DNA of 64,000 bases from contig NIVC01001151.1 in NCBI GenBank assembly GCA_002269645.1, forward strand, positions 124,001 to 188,000, read 5' to 3'. Both the position numbers and the translations under genes were made by a program. The notes beneath the pieces are model-generated. The model saw only the letters and a list, made by a program, of their open reading frames with translations, was not told where the DNA came from and searched no databases. Positions 45,819 through 64,000 of the stretch are shown in pieces (the first letter of the stretch is position 1; each line of letters starts with the position of its first letter). The stretch comes from Macrostomum lignano (lineage: Eukaryota).

Positions 45819-48178
45819 TAGGGAATACGAAATCCCGAGTTTTGCCAATCCCAAGATTCTTGGGATATCCCGGACTTTGCCAATCCCCGGATCCCGGGAT
45901 TAAAAAAGTTTCCAATCTTTGTTGGTGCAATTTTGGTTTACGAAGCCATCTAATCTGATTTTAAAGGGTAATTTCAGTAATAAAGTAAAACATAATATCA
46001 ATAAAATATTTTGCTAACAAGAAACTGCCAGTGAGCTCTGAATTGGAGTGTGATGTACGGTCTACGGACTGGCGTATTAGACGTGCTTTTTTACATGCCA
46101 GTATCAGCTCAGGAAAATCACACTTGATTGTGATTAGGGGTCCGGGATTTACCGGGATCCCGGCTGTTTGTTAGTGTTCGGGATCCCGGGATTAGGGGTC
46201 CGGGATTTACCGGGATCCCGGCTTTTTGTTAGTGTTCGGGATCCCGGGATTAGGGGTCAGGGATTTACCGGGATCCCGGCTTTTTGTTAGTGTTCGGGAT
46301 CCCGGGATTAGGGGTCCGGGATTTACCGGGATCCCGGCTTTTTGTTAGTGTTCGGGATCCCGGGATTAGGGGTCAGGGATTTACCGGGATCCCGGCTTTT
46401 TGTTAGTGTTCGGGATCCCGGGATTAGGGGTCCGGGATTTACCGGGATCCCGGCTTTTTGTTAGTGTTCGGGATCCCGGGATTAGGGGTCAGGGATTTAC
46501 CGGGATCCCGGCTTTTTGTTAGTGTTCGGGATCCCGGGATTAGGGGTCAGGGATTTACCGGGATCCCGGCTGTTTGTTAGTGTTCGGGATCCCGGGATTA
46601 GGGGTCAGGGATTTACCGGGATCCCGGCTTTTTGTTAGTGTTCGGGATCCCGGGATTAGGGGTCCGGGATTTACCGGGATCCCGGCTTTTTGTTAGTGTT
46701 CGGGATCCCGGGATTAGGGGTCCGGGATCCCGGTAAACATGGGATTGGAATTTACACTTTGCAGAAGTGAATATCGTTCGTCTTGCAGTTAGCACTTAAC
46801 AGTTTTGAGAGAATTTTTGCATCCAGAGAATGAAGTTATAGAATGAAGAACAGTAGAAATATCAATCAACTGTATCAAGCACTACTAGTCACTAGACTAA
46901 GGGTCTAGTCTAGACTCTAACTGTCTAAGTGGCGATGGCCTAACTGTCTAAGAAGCGATGGCCTGGACACTGGGCCCACTGGCCCAGGCCCCGCCGCAGG
47001 GCGCAGGCGCAGCTAAGGAAAGGAAAGGGGGTGGGGACTGAGTTCTAAGTCTGAGCCTCTGTGTATGTGAGGTGGTCTGTGTTGGGGGCAGAGAGAGGCA
47101 CTAGTGCAGCGTATATACACACAACACAGTCCTTAATCCGAGGGGAGAGTGGTAGTAGTGGTAGTGGTATGTATAAGCTAGCTATAAGCCATGTATAATC
47201 AATGCAGTATAAGCTAGAAATAGAAAGTAGAAACCCAAATGATGCTCAAAATAGTTGATAAATTTGTTTTGTGGATAATGGAAAGCTTCCCATAAATTTG
47301 TTTGTTCAATCCCGGGATTGGCCCGGGATCCCAGGATTGTAAAATGTCCGGGATTTGGGATCCCTAATTGTGATGTAACCTGGGGAATGATAGCTCACAG
47401 AGCTATGGCCCGGTACTGATACCAGGGTAGAAGGGGATCGGACCCCACCCTCCCAGGGGCTAGCTTGGGTTGTGGTCCGATAGCAAGGTCGCACTGTTCG
47501 AATCCCAACTACGGCCAATGAGTTGTGAAGGTATGGACTGCTTAAAGTACATGTAGTTCTGCCACCAACCCTATGCTGGACATCTAAGGGTGTCCTGACA
47601 GGGCTGAGAATGAGTTATTTCGCATAGGGGGGCTTCTGATCTGCGCTTCTGATGAGTCGAGGCTCCATGATTTTAGCTGGGTTTGAGATAGAGAGAAAGT
47701 TCAAATGAACAATGACTTGACTCCCGTATGGCAAGCGCCAGCGCTGTGATTGGAAACAACGAGGAATTGGTTTCTATGGCTTTGGGCTCTGTGCACAGGT
47801 TTAAGAATAATAATTACATTAGTCTGCGGTACTTTATGCATACAGTTGCACGACATTATTACACCTGAAATCTCCTTACGATCTGCCTCAGTTTTGCATC
47901 CCTGCAGTTCAAGCCTTCTCACTAGCCTGAATGCTTAAAAGATTAATAAAACAAAGCAGGACAACTGGGCTATAATTTTCACCTGATAGTACACAAGTAG
48001 CTCAGCTGCAGATACTACTACTCGAGAATGAATGAATTATTTAAAACCGGGATCGGGATCCCAAAGGTCAATCCCGGGATTTTCGAATCCCGGAGAAGTG
48101 TGATCCCGGGATTCTAATTCCGGGATTCAGGCATAATCGAAATCCCGGGATTTCGGGATCCCGGGATTGTATTCCCTA
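45819..48178. mobile_element. Non-autonomous hAT-type DNA transposon, 2,360 bp
   Basis: TIR TAGGGAATAC...GTATTCCCTA; perfect 8-bp TSD GTTGCTGC at 45811-45818 and 48179-48186; many subterminal ATCCCGGGAT/GGGATCCC motifs; no transposase ORF. Confidence 0.88.
46135..46735. repeat. 58-bp array rich in GGGATCCC palindromes inside the hAT element, ~10 copies
   Basis: GGGATTTACCGGGATCCCGGCTTTTTGTTAGTGTTCGGGATCCCGGGATTAGGGGTCC. Confidence 0.93.
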
Positions 48179-48582
48179 GTTGCTGCTCGAGGTCGTAATG
48201 TCTGCGGAGGTCAAGAAGAACTCTGATTAGAACACCGGTCCCAAAGGTCCCAAAGGACTATCGCAAAGGTCGACGATCTCTTAATTGTCGCTTAGTTGTT
48301 GGAATGCCGAAGCCAACGCCGATGTAGAGGAGAAGCTGGAGGCTTTAAATGGCGCAGATGAGGTGATTCAGGTAGATCTTGATGTGATGCGAAAGTCAGG
48401 AACCGATTGTTGATTGAACGAGTGTAAATTCTTGCGATATATTTGTAGTAGAATAATCTAAGTTTCTTAACGAAACTGGTCGAGAGCAATAGCTTAAATA
48501 TTGTAAATATTGAATTCCACTGATGCACTGCATGGCTGAGTAAGTGGAGAGGCTTAAGGGGGCGAGGCAAGGCAAGCGCAAT

Positions 48583-48945
48583 AATGCACACTGAATTGCA
48601 CAGAGTACGCATTGGCTTACTGAGTGCATAGAACACGCTGATCCCAAGGGCAAGATGCACACTGAATTGCACAGAGTACGCATTGGCTTACTGAGTGCAT
48701 AGAACACGCTGATCGCAAGGGCAAGATGCACACTGAATTGCACATAGTACGCATTGGCTTACTGAGTGCATAGAACACGCTGATCGCAAGGGCAAGATGC
48801 ACACTGAATTGCACAGAGTACGCATTGGCTTACTGAGTGCATAGAACACGCTGATCGCAAGGGCAATGATGCACACTGAATTGCACAGAGTACGCATTGG
48901 CTTACTGAGTGCATAGACCACGCTGATCGCAAGGGAAAGATGCAA
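48583..48945. repeat. 71-bp minisatellite, ~5 copies
   Basis: GATGCACACTGAATTGCACAGAGTACGCATTGGCTTACTGAGTGCATAGAACACGCTGATCGCAAGGGCAA. Confidence 0.92.
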
Positions 48946-49094
48946 ACTGAATAAAGTTAAGCGACTGAATAAGTTCAGTCAAGTTAATAACTGAATAAAG
49001 TTTAATTGAATCAAGTTAAGCAACAAACCCCACACACACAGTTACCCAGCTAACAAACCAACGAACCGTCACTTCAGATCTATCCGAAGACAAG

Positions 49095-49560
49095 ATGGAA
49101 TCTGAGTTGGCTAAGAGCTACCAGTATGAATATGATTTCGCTGCCAGAATGTGCAAGCTGCCTCGTATGAGAGACATTGTTGCTGCCAAATCTACTCAAG
49201 CGCTGCCGAGATGCGTTTAGATTGGACATTCTAAAGTCAGACGCTTATTCAGAATGGCAGTGCGATTCAGTCAAGGGACTTTTACATCTTTTAAGCCAGG
49301 AAATTGATGTTCGCAAGGCTATTTTAGTTTGCAAGAAGACCGAACAAGATCGGATCAGTCTGGAGGCTCAACGAAGCCTTCATTTTCAACTCTGACAGTT
49401 CAATCTATCTCAAAGAACGCATCAAAGGAACCTGGTAAAGTCTTCTGCACCTGCAATTCAGGACACAAGTCTGAAGATTGTCCAAAATTTGCAACAGCGG
49501 CTAGCCGTTGTTATCAACCAGTGGTGTTACAAGCTGCGGAAATTTCCGCACTGCGGATTT
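49095..49560 (+). mobile_element. Degenerate BEL/Pao-like gag fragment
   Basis: LLPNLLKRC...LLHLLSQEIDVRK and knuckle-like FCTCNSGHKSEDCPKF spread across shifted frames. Confidence 0.45.
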
Positions 49561-49801
49561 TTTAGCTTTCTGAGGAAAATGCTGATTATTTTATTTGTTT
49601 TTGAATTTCTGCGGATTTTTTCTTTTTTTGCAAAACTATATAAAAACAATGTTTCACATTTACAAGTATGGTTCCTGTCTTTTTGTGTTTTCAATTTTCA
49701 TTTATTTTTTGTTATATCACTTAGTTTTTTTAATATAGCTGAACTGACAGACTTGTATTAGCTAGTGTTCCATCTGGCTGATAGAATATAAATAAATAGG
49801 A

Positions 49802-50060
49802 GTGGAGGAGCGGCAAATGCCTGGTGGATACCCTAGTGTGATCATTCACGGGGAAATCTACCATAGAATCGGCAGCCTTCTTCCTAGTGACAGAAGCTCA
49901 GTCAAGTTCTGCCGGCTGTTCTTCTGCGACACCGAATTTCAAACGAGGCAGGAGATGGTGCGAGGGCTCGACCCTCAGCTATTGAAGATACTGCAAAATG
50001 TGCTTCATCGGGATAACAGTTACATGCGGAGCTTCAAGGCTGCTATTGATAGACTTTACT
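49802..50060 (+). mobile_element. Helitron Rep/helicase N-terminal fragment
   Basis: IHGEIYHRIGSLLPS...FCRLFFCDTE...LDPQLLKILQNVLHRDNSYMRSFK resembles the conserved Helitron RepHel N-terminal block. Confidence 0.72.
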
Positions 50061-50520
50061 CCGACTGTCTTCATTTTATATTGTTAGCATTTTACTTTAG
50101 GAGACCCGGAATACATTAGGATTTAGATTCCTTGATTAGGACGTTGTTGAAATTGGTTTTAATAATATTGTGAACAAGTATTTTGAGGATTAAAAATGGA
50201 TCTTTTAACTTTCTTATTCATGAAAAATATACTCTGCTGATTTTTTTAATCTGCGGATTATTTTTCAGAAATGCCTGTAACAACACTGTTATCAACCCTC
50301 GACAGGGTCACGCTGAACGGGCAGCGCCAGGAACTCCGCAACTTCACGTGATCGGGAGGCTCCAGCCTCCAGGATGAGCAGGGCAGTTGAAACGTGCAGA
50401 TTGTCGTGCGAGGCCGCACCACAATGAGGGCAGCTGGGAGGCGTCTCAGGGTTCATTCAGTCGGTGCTGGTAGCAACAAAGCAAGGGGCTGAAGCCTGAG
50501 CGCAGTTGGGCTAGCAGGCA

Positions 50521-50871
50521 GTTAAATATATCAGTGATAAGCTCACAGTGGTCAATGCAAGCAGAAGCAGCCTTCAGGTCAAGGGCTACTGCGCCGGTTC
50601 TTTCTGGGGGCTTAGCTTGGCAGAATCCAGCGCTAATCTGCTCAACGAGTCAGCATAGGTCAGCATAGGTAGCAGCAATTTCTTGAAGATTTTTGCTAGT
50701 GGGGAGAGGAACGAGATAGGGCGATAAGAGGGGCCATCAGCTTGAGGTTTGCCGCTCTTAATGAGCTCTTAAAGTCGTACGGGGCTGCTTCAACTTGGCT
50801 GGCAAGCAACTAACCTCCCACTCGGCATGATGCATGTTCCAGTCCCCGCAGACGATGGTTGGCGTGTCGGT
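50521..50871 (-). mobile_element. Internally deleted LINE remnant (APE endonuclease + RT motifs)
   Basis: Minus strand: TIVCGDWNMHHAEW (~50825-50871), YRPISFLSPLAKIFKKLL (~50730 down), AVALDLKAASACIDH (~50596 down). Confidence 0.7.
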
Positions 50872-51702
50872 GAGTAGCATACTCTGATGTCAGGTATGAA
50901 ACCGGCGGAGAAAAGAATGTTGAAGGTGTTCAACATTCAACCGGTGTTGAAGATCCGAATGATGTGGTTGGTCAGACATTCCTTTCCTTTTCTATTCTAA
51001 GCATCTTCAAATCAAGCCACAAGTTGTCGAATAGGTATTTTTTCAACACTAAATATCTCAAGCATTTCATCTTCTAGACTTCCGAAGTCCTAATGAAGCC
51101 AGCGGGTGTTCTTGTCCAGCTAATTCTTAATCTAATACCACCGGAGACTGGCCAGCAAAATCCGAACCTGCTGCTTCAATTTATATTCTTTAAAATTTTC
51201 CGGCTTTGAACGCGTTTGTTGGAATGATTAAAACAAAAAGATCAAGCTTTATAACCGTTTTGATTCAAATAGACTTGCAGTATCGACTTGATGACTTTAG
51301 AAAACGGTGAAAACAGTTTTTTCAGTGAAAATTGCGTCCATCAGTAGGCTGTATCACGTGACGCTCTGATGCGGCATTTGCTATGGAGAGCAGCCTCCCT
51401 CTCTGCGGCTCTGTGCCATTGTTCTCACGAAGCCCCGAGCTGCGCCCCTCACCCTGTGCAGCCTCTGCTCGCACTGAGCCAGTCGAATAGAGAGCTTCTA
51501 TAAGCACATTATTGTTGGTGTGGAAAGATCTAGAATGCTCAAAGCAAACTGCATTGCTGCTAAGGTGATGAAGCGTTTTTCAAAGTGCTGCCAAGTCTCG
51601 AATTATTGAGCTACAGCAGAGTATTTACCGCTTTGCTCAGCCGGTGTTGCACGCGTCGCAAGGCATCACCAGCACTCGCAACACCAGCACACGGAAGGCC
51701 CG

Positions 51703-62727
<11,025 letters not shown>

Positions 62728-62739
<12 letters not shown>

Positions 62740-63230
62740 CAGGTGAGTGACAGAGACTGATGATTGACAGGTGAGTGACTGAGGCTGATGATTGACAGGT
62801 GAGTGACTGAGGCTGATGATTGACAGGTGAGAGACTGAGGCTGGTGATTGACAGGTGAGTGACTGAGTCTGATGATTGACAGGTGAGTGACTGAGGCTGA
62901 TGATTGACAGGTGAGTGACTGAGGCTGGTGATTGACAGGTGAGTGACTGAGGCTGGTGGTTGACAGGTGAGTGACTGAGGCTGGTGGTTGACAGGTGAGT
63001 GACTGAGGCTGATGATTGACAGGTGAGTGACTGAGTCTGATGATTGACAGGTGAGTGACTGAGGCTGGTGATTGACAGGTGAGTGACTGAGGCTGGTGGT
63101 TGACAGGTGAGTGACTGAGGCTGGTGGTTGACAGGTGAGTGACTGAGGCTGATGATTGACAGGTGAGTGACTGAGGCTGATAAGTGACAGGTGAGTGACT
63201 GAGGCTGATGATTGACAGGTGAGTGACTAA
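62728..63230 (+). repeat. 28-bp array TGATTGACAGGTGAGTGACTGAGGCTGA (stop codon + consensus donor per unit, 18 donors)
   Basis: Direct count of CAG|GTGAG motifs. Confidence 0.93.
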
Positions 63231-63423
63231 GGGAAAGTCTCCAGCCTCCCCATTTCCCATTGCAGGCGCAGCCGCGCCGCAGCTCAAGGATGTCCGGCTT
63301 TGCAGAATTTTTATCGATTTTTGTGCGCCGCGTCTTTTGCCCGTTTTGCCCAGCTGACTGACCCCCAGCTGACTGACCCCGCAGAGGATCCCAGTGCAGC
63401 TTTGAGCCTCAGTGGGGCAGCTG

Positions 63424-63870
63424 CAGTGCCGCTGAGCTGAAATGCAGTGCAAAATGCAGTGTAAAATGCAGTGCAAAATGCAGTGCAAAATGCAGTGCAA
63501 AATGCAGTGTACCATGGCTCAGGGATAAGATTCTGTGAGCCTCACCTCACCATATGGAGCTTCCATATCCCAGATCCCATATCCCAGATCCTAGATCCCA
63601 GATCCTAGATCCCAGATCCTAGATCCCAGATCGCAAATTCCAGATCCCAAATCCCAGATCCCAAATCCCAGATCCCAAATCCCAGATCCCAAATCCCAGA
63701 TCCCAAATCCCAGATCCCAAATCCCAGATTCCAAATCCCAGATCCTAAATCCCAGATCCCAAATCCCAGATCCCTAATCCCAGATTCCAAATCCCAGATT
63801 CCAAATCCCAGATTCCAAATCCCAGATCCCACATCCCAGATCCCACATCCCAGATCCCATATCCCAGAAG
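63424..63870. repeat. 12-bp AAATGCAGTGCA array (63424-63512) and 7/14-bp CCCAGATCCCAAAT array (63562-63870)
   Basis: Direct inspection. Confidence 0.9.
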
Positions 63871-64000
63871 CAGTCAGTTGAAATCCCAGCTTCAGTGCTG
63901 ACGCCCTTCATACCTTCTGTAATGCTGGCTCAGCAGCTCTCAGACTTTATTTTGGTCAGTTCTGCTTTTGCTGACTTGATTTTCCTGTCAATTGCTTCCG

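Noticed and set aside
47390-47630. Possible SINE inside the hAT element (GTTCGAATCCC at 47496-47506)
   Set aside because: Only a B-box match; no clear A-box, tail or second copy in the window
3475-48945. Regular 25-47-bp repeats as CRISPR arrays
   Set aside because: Units are head-to-tail with no unique spacers; eukaryotic context; no cas genes

Overview
Eukaryotic (animal) genomic DNA with GT-AG introns. The GC-rich exons and minisatellite-filled introns suggest a free-living flatworm such as Macrostomum; this is an inference. Five protein-coding genes lie on the + strand, and I checked each exon junction for phase by hand. (1) A 5'-incomplete MEGF8 orthologue (468-19893). (2) WRAP73/WDR8 (22453-29099). 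(3) An intronless RING-CH/MARCH6-like membrane E3 ligase (31806-32999). (4) A chitobiase-type GH20 beta-N-acetylhexosaminidase (35193-43231). (5) A ~3,530-aa protein in which ~80 ankyrin repeats (one 8.65-kb exon) splice in frame to a Mab-21/cGAS-like nucleotidyltransferase with intact GS and D-x-D...D motifs (51703-62739). Gene 5 is the best candidate for a new system: an ankyrin array that varies at its binding-surface positions and has been shuffled in blocks, fused to a putative cyclic-dinucleotide synthase. Non-coding DNA is mostly distinct tandem arrays (about 40), two of which amplify a splice donor. It also holds a non-autonomous hAT element with an 8-bp TSD, a foldback-like insert, a tRNA-derived SINE family, an RTE-like LINE inside (GAT)n, and BEL, Helitron and LINE remnants. 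RFX X-boxes occur at WRAP73, at the MARCH start codon and as an orphan triple cluster. Several -1 frameshifts, mostly at homopolymers, look like assembly errors. No database searches were run; family assignments rest on recognised motifs.
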